Source: Octopus vulgaris (lineage: Eukaryota). Taken from it: a DNA stretch of 64,000 bases. The translations under genes were made by a program, and so were the position numbers. The DNA lies in contig OX597831.1 of NCBI GenBank assembly GCA_951406725.2, forward strand, positions 40,114,001-40,178,000, given 5' to 3'. Shown piece by piece: positions 1-12,800 of the stretch (position 1 is its first letter; each line of letters begins with the position of its first letter). The notes beneath the pieces were generated by a model. That model saw only the letters and a list, made by a program, of their open reading frames with translations. It was not told the DNA's origin and did no database searches.

Positions 1-453
1 ATTTATACATATGTGTATGTATATGTGTGTATGTATTTGTATACATATATGTGTATATGTATGTGTACGCATACGTGTGTATATATATATGGATACATAT
101 ATACGTGTGTATATATATATGGATACATATATACGTGTGTATATATATATGGATACATATATATGTGTGTATGTATATGTATACATATATATGTGTGTAT
201 GTATACATGTGTGTGTATATATATGTATGGATACATATATGTGTGTATGTATATGTATACATATATATGTGTGTATGTATACATGTGTGTGTATATATAT
301 GTATGTATACATATGTGTATGTATATATATGTATGTATAAATATGTGTATGTATGTGTGTATGTATGTATACACATGTATACAAATATATATGTATACAT
401 ATATGTATGCATGTATATGCATACATATATGTGCATGTATGTACATACGTATA

Positions 454-507
<54 letters not shown>

Positions 508-525
508 TACATACATACATATATG
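1..525. repeat. Compound (TA/TG/CA) microsatellite with a local ~30-bp unit
   Basis: Purine-pyrimidine alternation; unit atatatatatggatacatatatacgtgtgt repeated about three times. Similar compound tracts at ~1965-2320, 17770-18120, 27720-28290, 29975-30105, 40870-41780, 42210-42540, 48345-48860, 58850-59045. Confidence 0.95.
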
Positions 526-1203
526 GAAGGCCATCATATATCTGCAACTTCTGAATATCAACAACAGATGTTTTGCATTACTATATGAGGGAGAGAGAGA
601 GAGTTCCGGAAAGACCTGAATTCTCCTGAAGAACTCTTGTCTGTTTACATGTTTCGTGTTTTATAGTTAATTTATTTCTGTGTGTTTCCCTTTTGAAAAA
701 TTCTATATATTTATTTATTTGTCTCGTTTCTGGTTCGTCTCTCAGTTAATTATTTCTCCTTTTGAAGTTTCACGATCTGGTCGCTTTGAAGTTCCATGAA
801 ACTTAACCCCCCACCCCCCAACCTCTTCATCCTCATCCTCATCATTATTGTGTTTACTGTTGTTTCTATAAATTCTGGTGCATTGTGGAAACGGTGACGA
901 AAAAGTGTGCCTCGTGTATTTGTCAGGCAGTCGCCATTCACACTTTTGCCTCCCCCTCCGCCTCTACATCCTCCTCTTACTCTTACTCCTCCCACCCTAA
1001 TTCCCATACTCACAAGACTTTTGGACGACCCGAGGTTTATACATACATACATACATACATATATATATGAAATATAACCTGGTACAACCCTTTGGTTGGT
1101 CTGTTCTTATTGAAGCATCTAACTCATGCCAGCATGGAAAAGGAGATGTTAAATGATGATGGTGTGTGTTTATGTGTGTCTATATACATATATATACACA
1201 CAC

Positions 1204-1237
<34 letters not shown>

Positions 1238-1241
<4 letters not shown>

Positions 1242-1372
1242 TTTCTCTCCTTGTTTCTTTCTGTGGAAGAGCGTAGGCTCGAAACGTAAATTCCCAAGCG
1301 TTATACTAATACGTCTGTTTGTCTTCTACACCACCTGTCTTCATCTTTTGTTTTTTTCATGAATTCTCCCTG
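1238..1372 (+). mobile_element. Penelope-like pseudo-LTR fragment with minimal hammerhead-like motif (copy 1 of 3)
   Basis: TCTTT-CTGTGGA-A-GAGC-GTAG-GCTC-GAAAC-GTA followed by ...atactaatac...tacaccacctgtcttcatcttttg, shared with 14275-14430 and 38530-38705. Confidence 0.55.
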
Positions 1373-1964
1373 TATATATATATATATAATCTTATTCTTA
1401 TATTTACGTACATACATAGATAGATATATGTGTATATGATACAGTGTAATATAATATAATGAGATATCATCATTGTAAGGTTAGAAAACCCGTAATAATG
1501 GGTCTGAAAGTAATGAGAATGAAGATTGATACATAAAAAAAAATGTGTTGTTATTTTTAAAAAAATATATACCAATAAACAAGTGCACAAGCATAATATA
1601 TATATATATGCATACACACGTGTATATATATATTTACATAAACACTTTAACATATACACACACAATGGCAATATATACCGTAATGTATTATTAGACAATG
1701 AATGAATTTGAACACAGGATTATATTGTCAGTACGATAGAGATATATATTAGAGAGAAAATAGGCCTGCCCACACCATAGGTCTAGGGGGTGCGTAATTA
1801 TGAGGTTTGTAATGACAATATTATAGGCATAATGTGTGTGTGTGGCAAGGTATAATGATGTCTTTTTGAAAGGGGTTGCTGAGGGAACAGATTTATATCC
1901 CAATTTCAGGTTGCCAGTTTGTAATATTTTAACTGGGTTTATATGGCTTCATTGTTGTATACAT

Positions 1965-2001
<37 letters not shown>

Positions 2002-2133
2002 GTATTATATGTATGTATGTATGTATATGTATATATATATATATATATATACATATGTATGTATGTATATATATATATATATATATAATGTATGTATGTA
2101 TGTATATATATATATATATATATATAATGTAAG

Positions 2134-2171
<38 letters not shown>

Positions 2172-2510
2172 CATATATATGTATATACATATATATACAT
2201 ATATATGTATGTATATACATATATATATATATATATATATGTATGTATATACGTAGATATATATATGCATATGTGTGTTGTGTGCGTGTGTGTATATTTA
2301 GATATATATATATATATATATGACAGTCACTTAATTTTTTTGCCAATCACAAAACGCTTCAAGTTATGAGATATATCCAATTTTCAACAAAGAATATTTA
2401 AGAAACAGAAATTTCTTTAGGAAATATTTTCAGCCCTCCGGCAGCATTTGTCTGTGATTACTATCATCTTGTTCTTGATTTACTTAGCTCCCTTCGGCTA
2501 TTAGCACCTG

Positions 2511-2547
<37 letters not shown>

Positions 2548-4149
2548 CAAGCATTCAGGAATCCACTTATGACTACTTTATACGCAAAGCAAAGCAATTT
2601 TCAGTTTTAAATTATTAGATATAACTTTTTTTACTTTTGTTTTCTACGTACTTTGTTTGAGGTTCTTAAGTGTACAGTAAGATTATCTGTAATAACTAGG
2701 AAATATGTAGAGACTTGGAAGACTTTTAACAAGCCCTGTTTATGGCCTAGATTTCAGTTTTAATCTAAACCATTTATTTGTAGCAGTTTTTACTATACAT
2801 GGCTAAGTGTCCATGGTATTCAGTTCACAATCGTAAAGCCATGAATTTGATTCCTGGTGGCGTGTTCTGTCCTTGAGCAAGACACTTCAATTCTTGTTGC
2901 TCCTGTCTATTCAGATGGCGAAAATGAGCTGCACCTATAATTCAAAGAGCCAGCCTTGTTACTCTCTTTGTCTTGCTGAATCTCTTTGAGGGTACACAGG
3001 TCTGTGGAGTACTCAGCCACTTGCACATTAACCATTTGCATGCTGAAGGTGAATCATGTAGCCATATGTTGAGAGGAATTCTTTGGGGGTTTGGATAATT
3101 CACTTCTGGAAACACAGGTATTCCGTTCAACATCTTTAAACAACCCTTATTCAGGGAGCTTTTGAGCTGGATGGGTTACTCGACCTGAAGAAAATGCTAA
3201 CTGGGCCCCACCTGCAAGGTGATGCACGGTTTATCTTGATATGAGATCACCATGTCACGCACATATGGTTGTGATGCATGTGCTTTGTGTACCTTCATCA
3301 GATGGGTAGTCATGATGGGTATACTGGGCTTCATATATTTTACCCCAGTGTCACTTTAATGGTATGCTCTGCTGTCTCACTCAATAATAATAATGATAAT
3401 TCTTTCATGTTTTGGCAAAAGATAGCAGTTTTGAAGGAAAGGGGTGAGTCAATTATATTGCCCCTCAGTTCTTGACTGGTTCTTGTTTGACCCCACAAGA
3501 ATGAAAGGCAAAGTCGACCTCAGCAACATTTGAACTTAGAAGAAATGCCAGTAAGTATTATGACCAATGCACTAGCAATCCTGCCAACTCGCCATCTTAC
3601 TTGTAATAATTATAACAACAACAACAACAGCAGCAGTTTATTAATTATGTATTAATATATAACTGTTGGCAAATTTCTATATATTTGGTATTTGCGTTAG
3701 TTGATAAATAGTCTTTGAAGTCTCTATTTCCTCTGATCTTCCGATACTGGACAGATTTTCTGAGATATATATCAGAAATGGTGAAATACATAGCCATATT
3801 TTGCTTCTATTGTTTATTTACTAGCAACAAGTACCTAATAAGTGTCAACTGATGATTTAAATTCTATTTTAGTGTCTCTTCTACTTTTAGAAATTGATTT
3901 CTCCCTCTCTCTCTCTTTCTCTCTCAAATCTGATTTCCTTCACCATAGCCTAAAGAACTAACGTGTGTGAATAATGTCTCAAAGGTTAGGTATTTCACTT
4001 GAACCTTTGTTTTTTAAAACAATGCTATTGGAAAAACTAGGGTGTGTGTGTTCATTTGCTCAACCGCAAAACCTTCAAGCTGATGCCCCAGCATGGCTGC
4101 AGTCCAATGACTGAAGCAAGTAAAAGAAAAGAAGGAAAAGAAAACTAAT

Positions 4150-4918
4150 ATTCTTTCTACTCCAGGCACAAGGCCTGAGATTTTTGACCCCAGTATGAAA
4201 CTGGTACTTAATTTATCGACCCCGAAAGGATGAAAGGCAAAGTCGACCTCAGAGGAATTTGAACTCAGAACATAAAGACAGACTAAATCCTGCTAAACAT
4301 TTCTTTTTTACTCTAGGCACAAGGCCTGAAATTTTGTGGGAGGTGCCCAGTAGATTAGATCGACCCCAGTATGCAACTGGTACTCAATTTATCCACCTCA
4401 AAAAGATGTAAGGCAAAGTTGACCTTGGAGGAATTTGAAATCAGAGCATAAAGACAGACGAAATACCGCTAATCATTTCACCCAGCATGCTAACGTTTCT
4501 GCCAGCTTGCTGCTTTACCAAATTCACTATATTCTTTCCTAATTTAGGCACAAGGCCCTTAATTTTTGGGGAGGTGGGGGGCAGTCGATTAGATCTACCC
4601 CAGCAAACAAGTGGTACTCAACTGATCGATCCCGAGAGGATGAAAGGCAAGCTGACCTCAGCAGAATTTGAACTCAGGATGTACAGACTGCTGAAAAACC
4701 TATTTCTTTACTACCCACAAGGGGCTAAACAAAGACAGACAAGCGAATTAAGTCGATTATATCGACCCCAGTGCGTAACTGGTACTTATTTAATCGACCC
4801 CGAAAGGATGAAAGGCAAAGTCGACCTCGGCGGAATTTGAACTCATAACGTACAGACAGACGAAATACCACTAAGCATTTCACCCAGCATGCTAACGTTT
4901 CTGCCTGCTCATCGCCTT
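4150..4918 (-). mobile_element. Tandem cluster of tRNA-derived SINEs, family B (Meta-domain-like core)
   Basis: Repeated minus-strand GGCGAGC(A/T)GGCAGAAACGTTAGCA...GAGTTCAAATTCC (B box)...GCCTTTCATCCTTTCGGGGTCGAT...AAGTACCAG. Other copies at ~3410-3595, 10005-10662, 11403-11800, 26518-26750(+), 35488-35700(+), 39998-40220(+), 40268-40480(+), 49085-49330(+). Confidence 0.85.
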
Positions 4919-5446
4919 GGAAACTAACAATATTGAAAATGTGTTTGTTTTAGAAATGATATTTTGTTAGGAGATTACTGGAGTGCGGCAAATCACAATT
5001 TTGAAAAAATAATCAACAACAAATGTCGTTATATTTGGGAAGTGTCATAATTAATACTGCTTAAAAGCAAACACGTTGATTGGTTGTTGCTTGTTTATAT
5101 TTCACTTTTTCTTTTACCATGTCGTTGATGTTTTGTTTCACAACTGTTTTTCCATGTTTGCCTGAGTCTGATGGAATCTGTTGAAGTGGATTTTGTCGAG
5201 CTGTATGTCGTTCACTTTCACCAACCCTTGTTTGTTTTCAGACAAGGTCGCGCCTCCTCGTGGAAGGATGGAAATGAATGCTAGCACTCGTGCGATAGTG
5301 ATATTCGGTTACAACCCATCATGTAATATCAGAATGAGGAGCTACAAACACACTCACACACATACAAAAGCACATACACACACACACACAAAAAGAAAAC
5401 ACATGCACATACATACTCATACACATACATACACATGCACACGCAT

Positions 5447-5489
<43 letters not shown>

Positions 5490-5741
5490 CACGTGCATGC
5501 ACCCCTACTTACACGTACTCACACACACACACATTTGCTCAAAGTGCTATATATATAATAGGTGTAGGAGTGGCTGTGTGGTAAGTAGCTTGCTTACCAA
5601 CCACATGGTTCCAGATTCAGTCCCATTGTGGGGCACCTTGGGCAAGTGCCTTCTACTATAGTCTCAGGCCTTGTGAGTGGATTTGGTAGACAGAAACTGA
5701 AAGAAGCCCATCATGTGTGTGTGTGTATATATGTATATATA

Positions 5742-7028
5742 CGAGGGGCGTTCAATAAGTAATGCCCCTGATCCACTTCCCATAGCAGTAGAGCAACGAA
5801 ACTTGGCACAGTTATTAGTCTTTTTCTACATAGGAACCACCCAGAGTTACGCATTTTTTCCATCGTTTGATGCGGCTCTGGAGACCGTTTTTGTAGAAGA
5901 ACCCAGCTTGGTCCTCCAACCTCAGCGTGACTTCAGAAATCAAGGCTGCATCATCTGGGAAACGCTTTCCTTTCAAAAACAACTTCATGATTGGGAAGAG
6001 GTGAAAATCAGAGGGTGCAAGGTCAGGAAAGTAGGGGGGATGAGGAGGAGTTAATAGCCATACGCCTGTGCTTCTGATCTGGCGACAAGCGAGTTGTGGA
6101 CCGGAGCGTTGTCCTGCAGGAGGAGGATGCCTTTGCTGATCTTGCCCCGCCTCTTGATTTTGATAACTTCTCTTAATTTCCTCAAAAGTAAAGCATAATA
6201 GGCTCCTGCAATTGTGGTACCCTTTGCCAGGAAATCTGTCATCACTACTCCGTCCTGGACCCAGAAGACTGTGAGCATGACCTTGCCAGCGGAGGGCTGC
6301 ACCCTTGCCTTCTTTGGAGGGGGTGAGTCACGGTGCTTCCACTGCATTGACTGGGCTTTGGTCTCTGGATCATCGTGATGGACCCAGATTTCATCCTGTG
6401 TAATCAGTCTTTTGAAAAATTTTGACTCATCTTCTTGGCACATCTCCAAAATCACCCTCGAGCACTTGACGCGTTCTTGCTTCTGGAAAGGCGTGAGCAA
6501 CCTGGGAATCCATCTGGCAGACACCTTTTGCATATGCAAATGGTCGTGAATGATAGTTTCCACAGACCCGGTACTAATATTGACCTCATGGGCTATTTGG
6601 CGAATAATTATGCGTCGATCTTCCAAAATGGCAGCCTCAACTTGACGGACAGATTCCTCATCAATGGCAGAAGGGGGCGACCAGATCTGGGAGCTGTTTC
6701 CACAGAGTTCCGACCATGTTTGAATTCACGATGCCAGCGTTTTACAAGGTCATATGATGGGGCATCATCACCATAAGTTACTTTCATTTCATCAAAAGTC
6801 TCCCGTGGTGTGCGTCCTTTCAAATACAAAAACCGGATCACTGCTCGACACTCAACAGGCTCCATTTCACACTTGACTCGGTTCAAACACCTGTAAATCA
6901 GAAACCACAATTAGTTCAGAGCTGTAATTTGCCACTTACTCTATAGAGATATAAATGATTGCACATGCAAAATTTCAGCTAGATCAAACAACTGCAAGTG
7001 GGTCAGAGGCATTACTTATTGAACGTCC

Positions 7029-7031
<3 letters not shown>
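5742..7031 (-). mobile_element. Full-length Tc1/mariner (DD34D) DNA transposon, ~1.29 kb
   Basis: TA-flanked terminal inverted repeats CGAGGGGCGTTCAATAAGTAATGCCCCTGATCCACTT and its reverse complement at ~6995-7031; transposase inside. Confidence 0.95.
5815..6865 (-). pseudogene. Mariner transposase, disrupted by two frameshifts and one stop
   Basis: MEPVECRAVIRFLYLKG...RSGRP (HTH); WIPRLLT; ITQDEIW (D1); LQDNAPVH (D2); HPPYFPDLAPSDFHLF (D3); ends RWKKCVTLGGSYVEKD* at 5815; frameshifts near 6670 and 6045, TAA at 6051. Confidence 0.92.
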
Positions 7032-7072
<41 letters not shown>

Positions 7073-7496
7073 TGTATATATGTGTCTGTGTTTGTCCTGC
7101 CACCATCGCTTGACAATCGATGTTGATATGTTTACATCCCCATAACTTAGCGGTTCGGCAAAAGAGACCGATAGAATAAGTACTAGGCTTACAAAGGATA
7201 AGCCCTAGGGTCAATTTGTTTGATCCAGCATGGCCACAGTCAAATGACTGAAACAAATAAAAGATAAAAAATGTATATTATAGGTGTAAGTGTGGCTGTG
7301 TGGTAAGAAGTTTGCTTCCCAACCACATGGTTCCAGGTTCGGTTCCACTGCATGGCACGAAAGGATGAAAGACAAAGTCAACCTTGGCAGAATTTGAACT
7401 CAGAACATAAAGACAGACGAAATACCCCAAAGCATTTTGTCCAACATGCTAACGATTCTGCCAGCTCACTGCCCTTAAGTCTATCATTTGTCTATA

Positions 7497-8006
7497 TTAA
7501 CCCTTTTTTTACCATATTTCTGTTGTGATGCTCTGTGTTTCTTTCATTTAATTTTGAATATAATAAAGAATTAAGTAAAATAACTTAGTTATCATTAAGC
7601 TGTGTGGAGGCGCTTGGCTTAGGGGTTAAGGTGTTGAACTCATGATCATAAATAAGGTTGTGGTTTCGATTCCTGGACCAGGCGATATGTTGTGCTCTTG
7701 AGCAAAACACTTTATTTTCACATTGCTCCCATCCACTCAGCTGGCAAAAATTAGTAATCTTGCAACGGACCGGCGTCCCATCCAGGTGGGGAATTTCTAC
7801 ACCACTGAAACTGGGAAACTGGCCCTTATGAGCCTGGCATGGCTCAGGAAGGAACATTTATTTTATTTTTATCATTAAGCTAGTGTTACAAACATAAATT
7901 GCGACTAAAGTTTGGTGGAAGATTTTAATTTAAAACTTATGAAAACAAGACATTTGTACTACAGAGCCAGAGGTGGTTTCAACTGAGTTGGTATCAAAAG
8001 GGTTAA
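7497..8006. mobile_element. TTAA-flanked MITE (piggyBac-type ends) with a nested tRNA-derived SINE at ~7604-7855
   Basis: TTAACCCTTTT...ACCA and GGTATCAAAAGGGTTAA ends; interior similar to the uninterrupted copy at 36897-37125; TTATCATTAAGCT duplicated around the SINE. Confidence 0.7.
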
Positions 8007-8155
8007 TGCATCTGTTGTCTAAATTATAAGCCAAAGCCTAGGCAAAAATCTTATCTCTGCTACTCAACTTGTGAATGATGAAAAATGAACTTAATATTTT
8101 ATTCATGACAGTTGTCTTTCATTTGTAAGTTTTTTTTTTCCTTTTTTTCTTTCAG

Positions 8156-8279
8156 TGGTGGCTCTCACAACTGGGGATGGGCCTCTGGTGGTTGCTCAAT
8201 ATTGGCAGAATTTGGTTCTATCCACTTGGAATTCATATACTTGTCTAATATCACAGGCAACAAAATTTATGAGCAAAAG
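8156..8279 (+). CDS. MAN1A: GH47 mannosyl-oligosaccharide alpha-1,2-mannosidase (Golgi MAN1A-like), first internal exon seen in window
   Basis: Polypyrimidine tract + ttcag acceptor; encodes GGSHNWGWASGGCSILAEFGSIHLEFIYLSNITGNKIYEQK (GH47 ILAEFGxxHLEF motif); donor AAG|gtatgt; 124 bp. Confidence 0.95.
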
Positions 8280-9309
8280 GTATGTAATTCTTAATAATGC
8301 TCTGCACATCACCCTTCTCCTGTTGTCTATATGCTGTCTATGTCTGTCTAATCTCTCCTGCTTTCTCTTTTGTTTAACTCATTAAGACCCACTGTCCCAT
8401 AAATAGGGCACTACGTGAGAACATTAAATAAGCTATATCACATAGTCTTTGTGTCCTATTTATAGGACACCAAGTATTTCCATTTCTACTTGAAGTAAAG
8501 GAGTTTTTTATTAATTTTTTTTTTTTTTTCCTTTTAACCTGTTTTCAATCATTTGTAAAAATTTGAAAGTAATTTTCAGAAATTTAAGTATCTGGAACTT
8601 CATGGGTTAAATGGGCAAAGGCAGTCCTTCTTTGTCCAGACCTAAGTATCCTAGTGTATGCCTGTGTGAAGAGGGATTCCTTACTGCACTGGAATTGAGT
8701 ATACTCAGCTCCGTGCATTTGCACGGAACTCATTTTTGATAGTGGAGTACTTTCTGGAATTTTATTTTTATTTATTTTATTTTATCTAGTTTCAGCTCAC
8801 AAGCTGTGGCCATGCTGGGGCACCGCCATTTGTCCGTTTTTTCATATGACATAGTACACACATTTCATTTTTATTTTATTTTTTTCTGGTCAATACAAAG
8901 AGGTTTACGAGAACTGATTTGCATATGATTAGCATGTTGCATTACCAGTGCATGAGATGTATTTAATCAGCACAATGAGTCCCTTAAAAGAATCCCTTGT
9001 GGTTAGTGCCATTAATGCTTGGGAATCATTGAAGATTAATGGTTGGGGATTTGATTTTGCCACAGGCAGTCAAAGACATGCTGTTCACAGCTTTCTGTGG
9101 GAGTGTTTGAAACAGCATTAGTGTCACCTCAGATAATCTTCGTTGACTACAGTAATTAAATAAGTATATAAATAGAACCACCAAGTGAATGAGTTTTTTT
9201 TTGTTAGATTTTTCTTTTCAAGAATCATCATGCAACCATTTTTCCATGCTTACGTGAGTCAGATGGAAGTTGTTGAGAAAGAATTTTCTGTGGCTGGATG
9301 CCCTTCCTC

Positions 9310-9505
9310 TTATTTCGTTATTGCCCACGATGGGCCGAATATAGAGGGGACAAACAAGGACAAAGGGATTAAGTTGATTGCATTGACCCTGAAAGGATGA
9401 AAGGCAAAGCCAACCTCGGCAGAATTTGAACTCAGAACGTAAAGACAGACAAAATACCACTAAGCATTTTGCCCGGCATGCTAACGTTTCTGCCAGCTTG
9501 CCACC
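9310..9505 (-). mobile_element. SINE family B copy forming the 3' part of the 28S-SINE chimera
   Basis: Minus strand GGTGGCAAGCTGGCAGAAACGTTAGCATGCCGGGC...GAGTTCAAATTC...GCCTTTCATCCTTTC...GGGCAATAACGAAATAA. Confidence 0.9.
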
Positions 9506-9511
9506 TTTAAA

Positions 9512-9870
9512 TATTGACGAGAGGCTGTACACCTTGGAGACCTGCTGCAGATGGTGGGACTGACTCAAGAGCTGTGAATCGTTACAGACCTGGATTTTCC
9601 AGGGCTGCCAAAAGCACACCAGACACCGCCCGAGACGCGGTGCTCTACAGGCACCATATCTGTATCTCTGAACAAGCCGATTCCACAGACGCGAATCTTT
9701 ACAAAGAAGAGGGAATTCTTCCCGGGGCTCCTGGCAACATCTTTGGGCTCGCTTGCATTGCCACTGCTTCGCCCAGCCACCAGCTTTGACGACGGACACG
9801 CTGCATTCCCGCCACCGGACGAGCACTCTCTGAGTTCGGGTTCGGGAATATTAACCCGATTCCCTTTCAC
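9512..9870 (-). pseudogene. 28S rRNA fragment (retrocopy, ~360 nt, 5' part of 28S-beta)
   Basis: Minus strand has conserved LSU blocks in order: GAAAGGGAATCGGGTTAATATTCCCGAACC ... GAGCCCCGGGAAGA ... AGCACCGCG ... GAAAATCC ... GCAGCAGGTCTCCAAGGTGTACAGCCTCT; GC-rich island with CpG-decay-like changes. Confidence 0.93.
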
Positions 9871-12800
9871 TGCCCTTCCTCATGCTAACCCTCACCTGTT
9901 TTCAAACAAGGTAATTTTTCCCTACAGCTAGACATGTTTTTGTGGAAGACTGGAAATGAATTTCCCTTGCTTGTAAGACAATGATGCTCACTTCCAAGTA
10001 AGGTTTCAAATTCTGGCACAAGGATAGTAATTTCCAAGGAGGGGATAAATTGATTACATCAACCTCAGTTCGCAACTGGTACTTATTCTATTGACCCTGG
10101 AAGGATGAAGGGCAAAGTGCACCCCAGTGACATTTGAACCCAGAACATAAAACCAGAAGAAATGTCACTAAACAGTTTGCCCAGCATACTACTTATTCTC
10201 TTTTCTTTACTGCCCACAAGGGGCTAAACATAGCGGGGACAAACAAGGTCAGACAAAGGAATTAAGTCGATTACATCGACCCCAGTGCATAACTGGTACT
10301 TAATTTATCGACCCCGAAAGGATGAAAGGCAAAGTCGAACCCGGCGGAATTTGAACTCAGAACGTAACGGCAGACGAAATACGGCTAAGCATTTCACCCG
10401 GCGTGCTAACGTTTCTGCCAGCTCGCCACCCTGAGTAAGATAAATATGGATTTCAAATTTTTAGCACAAAGCCAGCAATTTCGGGGCAGAGAATAAAATG
10501 ATTTCATCCACCCCAGTACTCAACTGGTACTTATTTTATTGATCCTGAAAGGAGCAAAGGCAAAGTCAATCCCAGCAGCATTTGAACCCAGAACGTAAAC
10601 TTGTAAGAAATGCCGGTAAGCATTTTGCCTGGCACACTAATGATTCTGCCAATTCGCCACCTTAAATAAGGTAAATATTAACGTATAAAAGCATGTCAAC
10701 TTAAAGCAGCAAATTTAACGAGCAGAATAATTACATTTAAGATTAACGAATAGTTAAGCTGTAGTATAAATAGATGTTAATTTATGCCCCATCTCGGTAC
10801 CATATTTACATGTAATATACATAAATATACATATGCCAAATTTATAGGATATTTAAACTAATAATATGAAACTTGGGTTAAATTAAGGGTTATTTAAACT
10901 AATTTTTAAAATTTTTAATTAAATTTTTTATTTCTTAAATCAATCCCTTCTCTTTCCCCCCCTTTCCTTTCTCTCAGCTGCCATATTCTTAAAGCACTTT
11001 GGGAGAATGGAGTGGGGCTGGAGGTGGATTAAATGTCCCTGTAGAGGAGGTAGCGTAGGTGGAAGTTAAATATAATCATGGAAAATATCTAATTCTGAAA
11101 ATATCCTTTAAATACACTGGAATTTTTTAAGAATATTTTAAACTTTTTTTTGGTTTTTTTCTGGAAGCTTCATTAAATGTACTGAACATCAAATACATAA
11201 ATTTTTTTTCTTTTTTATTAACAAAATGAAAATAAATTTGTTGGTAATTAGTGCGTTTGCTGAGTTAAAGTGGTTTTTAATGATGAGACTAACCAATAAC
11301 ATTACCTGCATCAATCACACCCCCTCCTTTCGACAGCTCCCATCTTCTCCACCTCCATCATTACCATCACCTGCTGTCATCAAAGATAATAATAATAATA
11401 ATCTTTTCTGCTATGGGCACAAGTCCTGAAATTTTGTGGGAAGGGGCAAGTCAATTAGATCGACCCTGGCACTCAACTGGTACTTAATTTATTGACCCCC
11501 AGAAGGATGAAAGGCAAAGTCGACCTTGGCGGAATTTGAACTCAGAACGTACTGGCAGACAAAATACCTATTTCTTTATTGCCCACAAGGGGCTAAACAC
11601 AGAGAGGACAAACAAGAACAGACAAACGGATTAAGTCAATTAGATCAACCCCAGTGCGTAACTGGTACTTATTTAATCGACCCTGGAAGGATGAAAGGCA
11701 AAGTCGACCTCAGCAGAATTTGAACTCAGAACGTAGTGGCAGACTAAATACCACTAAGCATTTCACCCAACGTGCTAACCATTCTGCCAGCTTGCCACCT
11801 TAATAATAATAATAATAATGGTGAAGACAATTACAGTTTGTTTGTCAAGAGAGTTCAAACTCCTGAAGAACTTAAATATTTTGGTTGTGAAAAAGAGAAA
11901 AACACGAGGGGGGAAAAAAAAGGAAAAAAATCAAGCAATTAAGTGGAAAAAATAAAAAAATGAAAACAGGGAAATTTTTCCTTTCCTCATTGACATACAT
12001 CAAATAAAATGTTACAAGACGTGACATGGAATTGGTGCAAGTGTGAGGACACAAAAGACATGATTTTTTTTTTTTTTTTTTGTAATTTGAGAAAAAAACG
12101 CCCCTTTTTTTAACAGTGCCATATTTGGAAATAGTTAAAAATTAATTTAGAATATATCCTAAGAAATATTTGGGTGTGTGTGTACATAGTGGTGGTGGAA
12201 GAAAGTGAGTGTAGATGGGTTTCCAACATGGAGAATTTCAATGAAGGAACAAATATGTAAAAACTGCCCCTACCATATAATATAAATTATACACACACAC
12301 ACACTTATAAGTATATATATATAGATATACATATACACGCATATATATATATATGCATGTATATGTTTGTGTGTATATATGATTATATGTTTACATATAC
12401 GCATATGTGTGTATATATATATATATTCTTGTTTCAGTCATTTGACTGTGGCCATGCTGGAGCACCACCTTGGAGGGTTTTAATCATACAGTATATATAC
12501 ACACACATACATATATATATGTATGTGTGTGTAAGTATTATTTATTTATTCTGTTTTTCTACGCATGTGTACATGTGTAGAACATTTCTGGAATTATAAA
12601 TATAAACAAACAAAAACTTTTTAAAAAAAACAATCATGCCCACTCTCTAATTAAATTTTAATTACCCACTGAAATTTGTTCTACTCCTTTATAGTTTCAA
12701 TTGCCACTAATTAGTAACAATTTTAATTCCTCTTTCAATAGGGGCTAATTCCAGTACCTTTCATGCATTTCTTTTAAGTCTTTTAATTTTTCTTTTAATT

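Larger units (their letters stand above)
5561..7270 (+). mobile_element. SINE family A (tRNA head, CORE-like segment, internal microsatellite), interrupted by a mariner
   Basis: GTGGCTGTGTGGTAAG (A box)...GATTCAGTCCC (B box)...CACCTTGGGCAAGT...AACTGAAAGAAGCCC at 5561-5712; 3' half TTTGTCC...CTTAGCGGTTCGGCAAAAGAGACCGATAGAATAAGTACT...GTCAAATGACTGAAACAA resumes at ~7080. Confidence 0.85.

Noticed and set aside
1-8155. Upstream mannosidase exon (expected LLPAFxTPxGIP motif)
   Set aside because: Not found by eye; presumably lies 5' of the window
9512-9870. Functional rRNA gene
   Set aside because: Only ~360 nt, diverged, intronic, TSD-flanked, with no other rDNA nearby
9218-9931. 202-aa and overlapping ORFs in a GC-rich island
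   Set aside because: They span the 28S fragment and SINE; the open frames reflect GC content, not a protein
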